This document shows, piece after piece, positions 35,870-48,136 of a stretch of 64,000 nt of DNA (within the stretch, counting starts at the first letter, position 1; every line of letters starts with the position of its first letter). The stretch is taken from contig LSRY02000008.1 of the NCBI GenBank assembly GCA_001643675.2, forward strand, positions 1,550,001-1,614,000. The letters are read 5' to 3'. The notes under the pieces are model-generated. The model had not been told where the DNA came from. It ran no database searches and worked only from the letters and a program-made list of their open reading frames with translations. Source of the stretch: Monocercomonoides exilis PA203. Taxonomy: Eukaryota > Protista > Preaxostyla. Position numbers and translations under genes: made by a program.

Positions 35870-35905
<36 letters not shown>

Positions 35906-35929
35906 GTTTGTTTGTTTGTTTGTTTGTTT
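35868..35929 (+). repeat. compound microsatellite (CTTT)n(GTTT)n
   Basis: Direct reading. Confidence 0.9.
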
Positions 35930-36132
35930 GAGCAAATTGCCTTGACTTCTTTTTGAGGTCAAACGCTTCATCAAAAAAATAAAAATACAAATACAAAAGG
36001 CAAATCCTTCTTTTAATATCATTTCATCCTGTTTTTTTTTTTTTAATAAAAAAAATAAATAAATAAATAAAATTGAAATGTGTGACAACACCTGCGCAAA
36101 AGCAAATATGCTCCAAAGTTCTTTTTGAGTCA

Positions 36133-36199
36133 GAAGAAGAAGAAGAAAAAGAAGAAGAAAAAGAAGAAGAAAAAGAAGAAGAAAAAGAAGAAGAAGAAG
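36133..36199 (+). repeat. (GAAGAAGAAAAA)n minisatellite
   Basis: Direct reading. Confidence 0.9.
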
Positions 36200-39100
36200 G
36201 AAATATCATCCTATTATGTGTTGCATGTGTGTGTGTGCGTGTGTGTTATGGAGGTACCACAACACGCATAAACCCCATTTCGTTCCTCGTCGAGTGCAGC
36301 AATGTCCATCCCCTTCTGCTTCTTCGTTGGCTGCTTTGCTGCAAAACGGCTCATGCAAATGGCACCTCCAAACCCCCATTCGGCATCCCTGCTCAACAGC
36401 CTCCATCAAAAAGACAATGAAAACACTCTTTCAACTGCCGGCTCTCCTTCTCCTCCTCCTTTATCACTCACAATGAAATTACTTGCCAGCAGCCCTGCTG
36501 ATATCGATGCCAATTTCAATGTCATTGCTCATGAAAATGTTAATGTTAATGTTGATGTTGACTTTAATGTTGACGTTAATTTGCCTTCCATCAACCATCT
36601 CCTTCACCCACTCCGCAATCAATTGGCAAACTTTCCTCTTCCCTCTTCCCTCTTCCCCTCCTCCTCCATTCAATCAGAATTGTGTGAAAGTGAGCGTGGA
36701 TGAAATTACACCGAATAAATCGCACTGAATGGCAAATGCCCTCGTTTCCATCCGCCTTTTTGGTTCTTCCTTTTTGTGGTCGAATTGTTCTCATTGTTCT
36801 TCATTCATTCATTCATTTCCCTTGCTGCTCTTTGAGCCTTCTTTTTCTTTTCTCCAATGCCTCCCAATCTGTTCATTCTCCATGGCACCTCAGTCGCCAA
36901 ATCCTGTTATTCTCTTAAATCTTTTCTGATGAAAAATCAACAGATAAAATATGTTGAATAATAAAATAAATAAATCAATAAAACAACAAACAAACCTTCA
37001 AACATCATCAATTTGAATGTCTCTTCACCCATTTTCCCCCTTCCATTGCAAATATCAAATGAATATTTCATCCCATCTTCATTTCTTCATCCAAATTGCT
37101 TGGCTGCTTCCTCCTCAATAAAGAAAACAATTGGCGAATAACGCTCTTCATTCATCTCTCTGCCTCAATCGCCTTCTTCTGATCTGTCATTGAAATGTGA
37201 TTGAAACAAACAACGAAGAAATAATTTCATTTTCGTTATAAGAACTTTTTTGTGTGAATCAGTGAAGAATGATGATGTTGTTGTTGAAGATGGTTTCGTA
37301 TTCCAACAAATGCTGCAATCAAATAGAACCAATGATGGCAGGGGAAGGATATTTATCATTGATTGAATGGCAAATGGCAGTCTCGTTGTCTTTTCAAATC
37401 GTTTCTTTGGTAGAGTTTCTCCACTGAGGCTGAAATTGGTGGTAAGACAATGAATGTGGTGAAGAAATATGTAGAATTTCTTTGTAGGAGGACAATAATA
37501 TGCTTGGTCGAAAATCATGTTCCGAGGCTCCAACAAGGCTTCTTTGGAGGGAACGGTGAATAACTCAAAAGGATCAGTTAAAAATCATCAAGACTCAATC
37601 TGCAAAAATGCTTGCGAAAAGCTTCATCAGCTCAATCCATGATACGAATTATTGCATTTCGCTCATATGTGAGGACAAACAAATTGCTCTGTGCAAGTCA
37701 ATGGAGAAATTGTGACAAGCAACCAAAAAATCGTCATTGGCACAAGTCGGCAAAGGCTTCGAAGAGAAAATATCGGATATACGCTTGATCATGTAGCAAT
37801 ACTCCAAATATTCTCATTCCACGTGATTTGTGAGGGATTCAGTTCTGCAATGTTTTGTAAAAAAAATAATAAATTCAAATACTGCATCGGTTGTTGTCCA
37901 AAAAAAATAGTGCATGAAATCCATGTGGCAGGATTCATGTTTGGCAATATGCAACCAGTATTTCGAGCAATCGCACTCAATCTTGAGTGTTCATGAAAAC
38001 ATCTCGTTTCTTGTCGTTTCCCCTCCTTTCACACAAAACACAAAATGGAAAGATTCGCTGAAGCTGCTCGTGCGCCAGACTCTGTTGGTGGATGCCCAGC
38101 AACTGCGAGTGTCTTTTTGTGGAACAACTGCTGGAACAAACAGAATGAGGAAATTCAGTGATTTCGATACAAAACTGTTTATTGTTCGTTCCATAAAAGA
38201 CATGCCATTTTCGGTAATGAAGCAGCTGGCAAACCTCTCCATTCTGCTCGCGATATCACATCGTTGCTCAGAAAGTATTCGGTGTTTCTGGAGAAAAAAA
38301 ATAAGTTTTGTTCTCACCCAATCACATTCCAACTTATATTTCGATCAATAAATTAGAAAAAAATAATCATTCCACTTGAATTCAACAAAAAAATAAAGAT
38401 TATAAATTTTTAAAAATTGTGATTATTGTTGACTGTTGTTCGGTTGCAAAAAGCGAGTTTTGTATTGGTTTCTTTTGGGGAGAAAAATATGTTTGAAAAA
38501 TACGAAATATTAATCATTTCTAAACATATGGACAAGATAACAGTGCATCTGCAAACCATGATATCAAAAACTCTTTGTCTAAATATTTTGTTGATTTGAA
38601 CAAAAAAAAGTCAAATTTTTCATTTTTTGATTTGAAAGAATAACAGTGATTCAGAAAAAAAATTCTTCAATAAGAAAAATAAACTGATTAGAATTTAAAA
38701 GTCAAAATCTATTTGATTTGAATGATTTATTGAACCGAGAACACATTTCCTTTTTAATATCCTAAAGAAATTGAAATTTTGTACTCCGTCGAGTTCAGTA
38801 GTATTATCTCTTCAAGGTTGAAACATATTTTCATTTCAGTTAATGACATGGAGAATGAATGTCTGCCATTGAAAGGGGAAAGAGTGGAACTTCAATCACT
38901 TTTTATAAAAAAAACGAATTGTGAATAAAATTTATAGTTTTTAAAAAAAACACTTAAAATAAAAATTGTTTGAAAAACACATATTTCTTGTTTCCAAACA
39001 ATATTTCATCAAAATTCTTGTATTTCATAACAAACATGAATAATCGATTAATTTATTATTACCAGCCAGAATATTGAATTTATTTGGAGAAAAGAAGTTT

Positions 39101-39324
39101 TGATGTATTATGCAAAAAATAAGTTTGAAAATCAATATTTTTCTGAATTCGGATATTTGTTTTGCACCTGAATTGATGTAGGGAAAAATTGGTGATTTTA
39201 ACAAAAATGATATTTAACAGAAAATGAAGATTTCCTTTGAAGGACTCAACACCCATTCACACATTAGTTATTTGAAAGAGAAAATCATTTCAAACAAATT
39301 GATTTTTTTCTTTATTTTGAATAT

Positions 39325-39578
39325 GTGTGATTCTTTTTGATTTCATATTTTTCCTATCAAAATATTGGAATCACATTTTGTCGCAAACATTGAGAAATCT
39401 ATCATATGTTTATATTGAAATCTTCAATGTGCTTCTCTGTCTTTCAATGACAATGTGTGTTTGGAAGATAATAATTTGAAAACATGTGACACTTTTGTTA
39501 AAATTCTTTTGCAAATAACTGCGAATCAGAAAATTACACATACTCCAAAAAATGTCATGATTTTAAAAATAATCATCC
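39325..39578. mobile_element. MITE family A copy (254 bp, TA-flanked)
   Basis: ta-tgtgtgattctttttgatttcata ... catgattttaaaaataatcatcca-ta. Confidence 0.6.
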
Positions 39579-40674
39579 ATATTCTCATTTGAATGTTTTC
39601 CTCTATTTAATCGTTTATTTTTTGATTGAACCTTTGTGTTTCAATTGAGTATTCGAAAAAAAGTGAAAAAAACAAAAACACTCAATACATTAAAATAATC
39701 ACAAACAAATCACAGAAAACATTTTCAACTCAATGAAAGATTCAGCCAGATTTTTTGGGTGATTATTTTTGATATCACAATTCTCATGCTGGATTGTTAT
39801 CAAACAAAAACAGCTTTATTCAAATGAATCCGCATCATTACTATTTTTTGATTGTTTTTAGAAAAAGTTATTCTGTCATGAACACAATTCAATTGATGTG
39901 TAAAAAAAAAAGAAAAAGAAAAAGAAAAATCGTAATGTGTATGTTTTTTTTGAACAAAGCAATATAATGACATAAAGTCTGAAATAACAATCAACATTCT
40001 AATAACATTGAAAATTTTCGTTCTGTCTTTAAATTCATCCGTTATTTTTTTTCGTCCTTCTTTGAATTTACGTGTTAAAAAAAATTTAAGAAACAAGAAA
40101 CAAGTTTATAACTTTATTTTTTCCCATTGAAAACAGGAATAATTATTTCAAATATCTCTTCTTTGACAAAAAAATGGAATGAAAGATCACATTTGAAAAT
40201 TCTGAAAAAACAAACAAACAAATGAGTTAAAAAGATAACGATTTAAACAAAAATACAAGAAATGAGATTATTCTGTTGAAGGTGAAAAAGATTTTTTGTT
40301 AGGCATAAGAATTTCATTCTTTATGTGTAATATTCACAAGATAACAAACATTTCATGAAAAAGAATAACTTGGGATATTTCTTTTTCAACAATCTTTTCT
40401 CTTTTCTCGAACTCAAAAAAATGGCACTGAAGAGGTTTTTCTTCTTTCCTTCCTTTTTCATTTATTCTTAAAAATAATAAATATTTGAATTTTTGAAAAA
40501 TTATTTCTTTTTTCCATCTCGCAAAAAATCCATAAAAATTATTATGAAATGAAAACAATATGCATTTGAAAACAAAACTCCAAATATTTAAATAAAAGAA
40601 ATTTGCAAATCAAATCTTTTTTGTAATTAATATGTATATTTTTTATTTAATGTTTTACTCCATTTCTCATTTGA

Positions 40675-42270
40675 CTAATTTGCTCCTAAACTCAAATGAA
40701 AATATCCACTCCCATCAGACACCACAACCACATTCGGCGAAGGACTTAAATTTGAGTTGCAATTAACCTTCAAATGGCTCATTCCCAAATGGCCACTCGT
40801 CACACTGAACAGCGCTCCTGTCCATAAAAGTGTTCCTGTTCCAATCGAACATGCTTCCCTTCCCTTCCCAATGACCGAAATCTTCTTTTCTCCAATATCA
40901 ATCGTTGTTGCCTCACTTACATGATTCCCGTTCATCAGCGTGATTGTTAAGCTTATCTGTATTTCACACATCTCAAACGCTTTCTTCACTGTCAGACACG
41001 GATTTGATTCATTTGCCCCGCAAAATGGAGATGTATCATTTCCATTCACCGAAACATAAATCGTCTTGTCCTTCAGCCAATCCTTCTTTTCTGTGTGTTG
41101 AAATAGCCAGCTACTTCCCGTATAATTATATCCATAACATACCCTCCTGCTGTCTGTATTCGTTGTGTAACATTCATGAAATGGATTTCCAGATGAATTA
41201 AAAAGTTCATAGCGATCATAATACATCACATCATGCCCATAAGGAGGATTGGCTGAACATTTGCATTCATGAAAAAATAAAAAATAACAATAAAGCCCAT
41301 CACTTGGCGCTGTTGCTTGATTTGGATGAAACCAAAATCCTCCTCCATATGCCGATGCATTACATGATATAAACTGAATGCTCCTCATTTTGAATGCAAT
41401 TGGAGCGCTTTGACAAAACATGCCACCGCCATTATTTGTAGAAACTGAGCATGAAGTGAAACTGCAGTCAAACACACACGCACTCTCCCCTTCTCCATTT
41501 TCTGTTCCAATGCACCCTGTTCCTGAAACATCAAAAGTATGAAGCAAAAGCCCTCCTCCTTGACTGTTTGCTTTACAATTCTGGAATTCACATCCACTGA
41601 TCCGAACACACGTTGAAATCGTAAAAGCATACATTCCTCCCCCCAATTGATTTTGCGCGGTGCATGAATTGAAAGAATTGTTCATAACCTCAACGGATTT
41701 TATATTATAGCACATTATTCCCCCTCCCCGGCTGTATGCAATGCATCCATTGAACACGCAATGCGAAACAGACACCGATGCCGACGACTGGCTGTACATG
41801 CAGATTGCCCCTCCGCTTGATATTCCATCAGCATACGAGTCGCTTTCTCCTGTTGTCCTCGATCCATCCCACTCGCACCAAGTGAATGAATTTGCTCCAT
41901 TTTCTGTTTCGTTTTGTCTCCCTGGCTGTTTCTTATTGTCTTCAGTTCCAGCGCATTCAACATTTCTTGTCCTGCAGCATCCGATGAATGATGTGTTTGA
42001 GGCAGACAATGAAGCTAAAGGATTGTTGAAGGAATGAACAATCCAGCCATCATATGCATCACAAACAGACGAAAATGAGCAGCTGCACATCATATATGAG
42101 GTTTGGGTTGATGTAGTTGCTGGGGACGGACAATCTGAAGATGCTGTTAAAATGTTAAAAAAAATGAGTTTGGAGAGAGAAGCAAAGGGCATCGAGGGAG
42201 TTGAGAGGAATGGACAAAAAGAATAGAGGTGTGATTCATTCACAATAATTCTTCCTTTCTCTTCACCCAT
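40675..42270 (-). CDS. beta-helix protein paralog D (5' half shared with G through P4; 3' part shared with F)
   Basis: 531-aa ORF with the same motifs. Near-identical to 59499.. up to FTSCSVST. The C-terminal KDKTIYVSVNGNDTSPFCGANESNPC...GTGTL block is identical to paralog F. Confidence 0.8.
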   Translation of the reverse strand: MGEEKGRIIVNESHLYSFCPFLSTPSMPFASLSKLIFFNILTASSDCPSPATTSTQTSYMMCSCSFSSVCDAYDGWIVHSFNNPLASLSASNTSFIGCCRTRNVECAGTEDNKKQPGRQNETENGANSFTWCEWDGSRTTGESDSYADGISSGGAICMYSQSSASVSVSHCVFNGCIAYSRGGGIMCYNIKSVEVMNNSFNSCTAQNQLGGGMYAFTISTCVRISGCEFQNCKANSQGGGLLLHTFDVSGTGCIGTENGEGESACVFDCSFTSCSVSTNNGGGMFCQSAPIAFKMRSIQFISCNASAYGGGFWFHPNQATAPSDGLYCYFLFFHECKCSANPPYGHDVMYYDRYELFNSSGNPFHECYTTNTDSRRVCYGYNYTGSSWLFQHTEKKDWLKDKTIYVSVNGNDTSPFCGANESNPCLTVKKAFEMCEIQISLTITLMNGNHVSEATTIDIGEKKISVIGKGREACSIGTGTLLWTGALFSVTSGHLGMSHLKVNCNSNLSPSPNVVVVSDGSGYFHLSLGAN

Positions 42271-42707
42271 TTACTATGTGCTTCTCTTGTATCTATCCGC
42301 AATTTTGTAATAAACTCGGAAAAGTTCAAATTCCATTTTCCTGCCTCTTTTGCACCTTCTGAAAAGTTTTTTGTAAAATAATAGAAATGCATCTTTCCCT
42401 TCAGCGCCTCAAAATGGAAATGCATTCCAACATTCTTCCTCATCTGTCTTTCCACAAAATCGCTTTTTTGGCTGTTGTCATCTTTTGCCTTCTTTCCAGC
42501 ATCTCTCATTCCATATGTTTTCATCGGCTGTAAATCTTCTCGCTTAAATGTCCTAATTTCAGAATAAAATAATAAAATAATATTTATTATTTATTAAAAA
42601 TAAATTCATGCCTTTTATAACAATCAATTTTCATGGCTTCTTTCTTTCTTTATTCTTCACATATTTTCCCTTTCAATCAACTCATCCATCTGCCTCATCT
42701 ACGCTGC

Positions 42708-44258
42708 TCATCTGATTGCAGAATGAATTGATTCATTTCTGCTTCCAGCGGAATAACTCCAACAGACAAAAATCTTAAAAACAGGCAATAACAGTGATGA
42801 AAAAGATAAAGAAGAGAATGATGAAATACAAAAATTTGTTTCTGTTCCAATCGAACATGTTTCTCTTCTTTTCCCAATGACTGAAATCTTCTTTTCTCCA
42901 ATCTCAATTGTTTCTGTCTCGCTTGTGTGATTCCCTTCCATCAGCGTAACAGACAGGCTCACTTGAATCACGCTCCGAATGACTGCAACACCAATGGTTC
43001 TGCATGCACTTGACTCATCCAATCCACACAACTCTTCTTCACCACCACCACTCACCGCCACAAACCGATTGAGAATCCCTCTCTTCAGCCAATCCCACTT
43101 TTCTGTGTGCTGAAATGTCCAACTTGTTGAACTCGATGCAATATATCCATAGCACACTCTCTGATCATCTGTGTTTGTTGTGTAACATTCATGGAACGGA
43201 TTCCCAGAATCCAAATATAAATTGTAATTATCTAAGTATATCATATCGTGACCATGTGGAGGATCACCCAAGCATTTGCATTCATGGAAGAAGAGGAAAT
43301 AGCAATAAAGCCCATTAGCTGGCACAGTTTTTTTTTCTGGCTCCAAATGAAATCCACCTCCCCTGGTCGATGCATTACACGAAATAAACCTGACGCTTCT
43401 AATCTTGAATTGATTGGGAACATTTCTGCAATACATGCCTCCACCCCATGTGCTTGTAATTGAACATGAAGTGAAACTGCAGTCAAACACACACGCGCTC
43501 TCTCCTCCTCCACTTTCTGTTCCAATGCATCCTTGTACTGAAACCTGAAAATCATTAAGATAAAGTCCTCCTCCATAGCCATTTGCTTTACAATCCTGGA
43601 ATTCACATCCGCTGATACGAACACATGTTGTAATTGCCACAACGCACATCCCTCCTCCAGCATTTCTTTGAGCTGTGCATGAGTTGAACGAATTGTTTTC
43701 AATCTCAACAGATTTAATATTTGCACACAATATTCCACCTCCATCCCAATAAGCAAAACAGTTGTTGAATGAACAATGTGAAACTGATGCAGTGGCAGAT
43801 GACTGATTGTACATACAAATTGCCCCTCCATTTGAGACCCCATCGGTGTGAGTATTATTTGTTCCAGTCGTATTTGATCCATTCCACTCGCACCAAATAA
43901 ATGAATTTTCTCCATTTTCTGTTTCATTCTGTCTCCCTGGAGTCAGCTTGTTGTCTGCAGTTCCTTCACATACAACATTTCTTGCCCGACAACACCCAAC
44001 GAATGAGGTGTTTGACGCAGACAATGAAGCTAAAGGATTGTTGAGGGAATGAACAATCCCTCCATCATACCCATTGCAAACTGATGAAAATGTGCAGCTG
44101 CTCATCAGACATGTAGCTTGGGTTGACATTGTGGTTGAAGGTGAACATGCCTCATTTGCTGTTGATATATTGAAAAATGTCAGGTGAGATAGGGATATAA
44201 GGGTAATGAAGATTGATGAGAGGAATGGGGTTGAAGATTGGATAAGAGATTCTCTCAC
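42708..44258 (-). CDS. beta-helix protein paralog E (left arm of P4)
   Basis: 516-aa ORF with the same core. In-frame stops lie immediately upstream. C-terminal module is of the KRGILNRFVAVSGG type. Confidence 0.75.
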   Translation of the reverse strand: MRESLIQSSTPFLSSIFITLISLSHLTFFNISTANEACSPSTTMSTQATCLMSSCTFSSVCNGYDGGIVHSLNNPLASLSASNTSFVGCCRARNVVCEGTADNKLTPGRQNETENGENSFIWCEWNGSNTTGTNNTHTDGVSNGGAICMYNQSSATASVSHCSFNNCFAYWDGGGILCANIKSVEIENNSFNSCTAQRNAGGGMCVVAITTCVRISGCEFQDCKANGYGGGLYLNDFQVSVQGCIGTESGGGESACVFDCSFTSCSITSTWGGGMYCRNVPNQFKIRSVRFISCNASTRGGGFHLEPEKKTVPANGLYCYFLFFHECKCLGDPPHGHDMIYLDNYNLYLDSGNPFHECYTTNTDDQRVCYGYIASSSTSWTFQHTEKWDWLKRGILNRFVAVSGGGEEELCGLDESSACRTIGVAVIRSVIQVSLSVTLMEGNHTSETETIEIGEKKISVIGKRRETCSIGTETNFCISSFSSLSFSSLLLPVFKIFVCWSYSAGSRNESIHSAIR

Positions 44259-47200
44259 AGAAATTTCTTTCCTTCAACGTTTCCTTCTCTTCCCCTTCAT
44301 TCAGAAAAATTTTGCAAAATATCCCAATAAGTTTCAGTATCTTTTTTTGTCTTCGCTCGCCTCTTCTGATAGGAATGTTATCGCCTAAATCTTTTTTTTT
44401 TTCCTTCTGTTTCCGTTTTCTTCCTTCTTTCCATATTCCATTCGCATTCATCCCTTTTGGATATTCATGCAAAACTCCCTGTCATCATAAAAAAAAAAAG
44501 AAAAAAATATTTTAAATGTAATACAAAATATCACAAACCAGTACCATTTTCCTTTCGCAATCTGCTTCCTTTTCTTCATCTTCATATCCTTCTTGACTTC
44601 CTGTCACATTTCTTCTTCAGCCATTTCCTCAATTTTCCGATTATTCTTTTCCGTCGCTTCGCCTTCTTCTTTTCAAAATTCAACATAAATCTTCAAATCC
44701 CTCCTCTCACATTCATTTCATTTAATGCCTCTGGCTTATTCATCTATATTCTCAAATTTTTTGTCATTGTCTGATTTCTGAAAAGCATCAAATGTGCTCT
44801 TTTCCCCATGTTCATTCATTGCCTGAAAATGTCCTTCCATAAATCTTAATCTCTCAAAATAAATAAAAATAAATATGTGAAAAATTGGAGAAAAAAAATT
44901 AATACAAAACAAACTCTAAAAATATGTTTATTGCCAATCTTCACACACTTTCTTCTTCTTCTTCGAGTGCCTCTCAAAATATTGTTCTTTTCTGCCAACA
45001 AAACTCGCCTTTTTTTGCTTCTGCTGCCTATCTCAACATCAATGAAATCAATTCTGTTCTGCTTCCAAAAACTTGCTTTATTTCCAATTCTTGGCACTGA
45101 TTCCACTCGAATAATACACAAATAATAAAAATGCTTCAATATAATTTTAATGAAGATGAGGATGATGATGACAGCGATGATGGCAATGACAGAGATGAAG
45201 ATGATAAAGGTGGTGAATGCGATGTTATTTTCAAGTTTGAATACTATACATCTTCTGTCAGAAGATATTCTCAGCATCACTGCCTCGTTCTCTGCTCTTG
45301 TGAATAACGTTTCAATGATAGAAGGCTGAAGACAAAGGTCAAACGATAAAAGTCCATTTTGCCTGTAATTTGCCTCCAGCTGCCGTATTACGCAAAACTG
45401 TCCGTTTTTCTCGTTTTTTCGCCTCTCAACCCAAGCAATGAAAAGCAGTTCCATCCCTCTCCTCAGTCCGTAAAATCAATGTCTTGTCCTTCTTCTCCAA
45501 AGAAAGGCGCATTGTTCTGTCCAAACTGATTTCAATCTCCTGTTTCAGTTATTTGCCCCAATCTTTCCAACAAACTTAAAAATGAAAATGTCTTCTTCCT
45601 CTTTTTAAAAAACGCTCCCTTTTCATTGAATTTGGTTATTCTTCCTTTTTGCCTTGGATATCTTCCAACCCCGTTGATTTCTGCTCCATTAAATTTCATT
45701 TTTCATCACATTTCTATCGATTGTGCATGTTGAGTTAATAACAAGTCACATAAACATTTATGATAAAATACATTCTGGCTCTAATATATTTGTAACATAA
45801 CATTTGTCTCGCTTCCTCGCTGTTCTGCTCTGCATGGAATAAATTGTTCATTTTAAATAAGTTGTCTGAATCACGACTTTGGAGAGGTTACGGATGATAA
45901 CATCTTCACAATCAACAGAACAATAAAAATTACATACATTGAAAATTCATCATTTCCATCGAAAATATTGTTGCTCCACAGCCATTCATCAATCAATATG
46001 AACAATTTCATCTTTCATCAAGCAAACATTCTTTTGTAATACCCCACATTTTCACTGGAAATATATCATTTAGTCAACCTGTCTTTGTTTAAACCTCGGA
46101 ATCTGACCCCGTTGACAGTTTCTGAGCATTTGACATTGCTTGATCATGTTCCATAACGAATAAGAGCCACAAAAGAAAAGAAAGTCCTACTCGATGTGCC
46201 GTGGCTGAATGGGCATATGAAGACAATGCGATAACAATAGGATGGATTTATGGTGTGGGGTGAAGGAGTTGAGTTCTTGGAGGAGGCAGGGTTTAGAGAG
46301 GGAATGGAACGATTAAAGGATGGTTTTTTTGGGGGGAGAAAGAGGTGTTTTTGGGAGGTTTAAGAGGCATAATGGATGTGTAGGAGATGGATAGGGATAG
46401 ACTTTTGTGGGGTAGTTTTTTCGATTTTTGTGAGTTGGAAGGTGTGGAAGTTGCGTTTATTATTTGAGAAAAGGAATTTGCTGTTGAGGAGGTGGGATAA
46501 GAGGGAACAGAGGGGAAGAAGATGAGTGGGGCTAATGGAATATATTTATTGGAGGAGAGGATTAGAGATGGAAAGGAAATGGAGAGATATGTGGAGGAGG
46601 TGTTTTTTTTTTTCAAATGCAGAGAGAGAGGGGGTTCATATGGGGCAGGGCAAGAGGGAGAGTATTTGCGAACTGATGTTTGATAAGAAAGAGAAGTGGG
46701 GTTGAAGAAAAAAAAGTGAAGAAAAATTTTCTTCATATTTTTATATAATTTATTTTGCGAACCGTTTGGTCGCGCCTCTCATTTGCAGGGCAAGGGATGG
46801 AGGCGGAGGCGGAGGAAGACGGGAAGAAGGAACATCAGGCTCAACACTTTGCATTGGAGGTGTGGGGACGGATTCGCGACAGGGATGGATCGAGATGAGG
46901 TGCTGGCTATGAGAGGGTGTCTTGCGCCAGAGACATACAAAGAAATGAAGTATTTATTTTTTGATTAGGAGAAGGATGACGGGAGAAGAAGTAACAGGGA
47001 GTGAAGGAGAAGGGATTTGGGCGAAGGGGTTGAGACATTTGGTGGAGGGGCGTTGATATTTTAGAGGAAATGGAGAGAGGAAGAGGGCAATACAGCGATA
47101 AGGGATGGGAAGGGATTCTTCAGATGGAATCTTCTTCTTTACCAGTTTTTTTTAATAGAACGGAGTTTGTGGAGGTTATTTGAGAGAAGCAGAACAAGAA

Positions 47201-48136
47201 GTTGGACTTTGATTAACTTTTTTGTGTGGAAGCAGAAGGGAAGCGAAGAAGGGACAGATGGGTTTTGTTGCAGAAAGGAACGATATTTGGAGGAGGAGAA
47301 GAAAGTTTGAGAAGAATGATCATTATAAGGGTGTGTATTTATATTTTTTTAATTTTAATTTTTTATATATTATTTTTTTTTTTTTGATGAAATTAGGATT
47401 TTTGCAAGAATGTTCAACGACAATGAATGAACATGGGATGTGGTTTGAGGGGTTATTGGATGCATATAAAGAAATCTGGATATAATAATTGGAGGGAAGC
47501 ATGGAGGGATGAGCGGGCGCAAAATATAAATGAAAGGAAACGAGAAGAAGATATTTTTATTTGAAGGTTTTGGATGGCATTTACGATGAATCTTAATGAA
47601 GGCGAAAAATGGGATCAAGGAATTGATGATATGACAGAAGAAGAAATTTGAGAAAATTTGAGAAGAAGAAGCGGAAGATGGTGAAAAGAAAATGGTACGG
47701 GGCTTTTCATATCTATTATTGGAATTTTTTTTTAACAATTTTATATTTTTGTATATTTTTAAATTTTTGTTTTATTAAATATATTTTTTAAATGATAGCA
47801 GGGGCTTTTGCGTGAATATTCAAAATGAATGGATGCGAATGGAATATGGAAAGAAGGAAAAAGACGGAAACAAAAGGAAAAGGAATACCGGGAAAGCAGA
47901 CGATGAAGAAGGGGCAGAAGAGATAGGAAAAGGGATACGGCCACATTAGGATATTTTGCAACGCTTTGCCATGAATCATTGAGAAGAGAAGGAGGAAAAG
48001 AAAGAAGTGCTTCAGTGAGCGAACTGCATTTCTCTTTTTTCTGTATTTTTCTCTTCCAACATATTTTTTTTTCAATATTTCAACAGCAAATGATGTATGC
48101 TCGCCTTCAACGACTACTTCATCCCAAACCTCGTGT

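Noticed and set aside
35118-35996. 292-aa minus-strand ORF
   Set aside because: Antisense to the plus-strand pseudogene and partly made of microsatellite translation.
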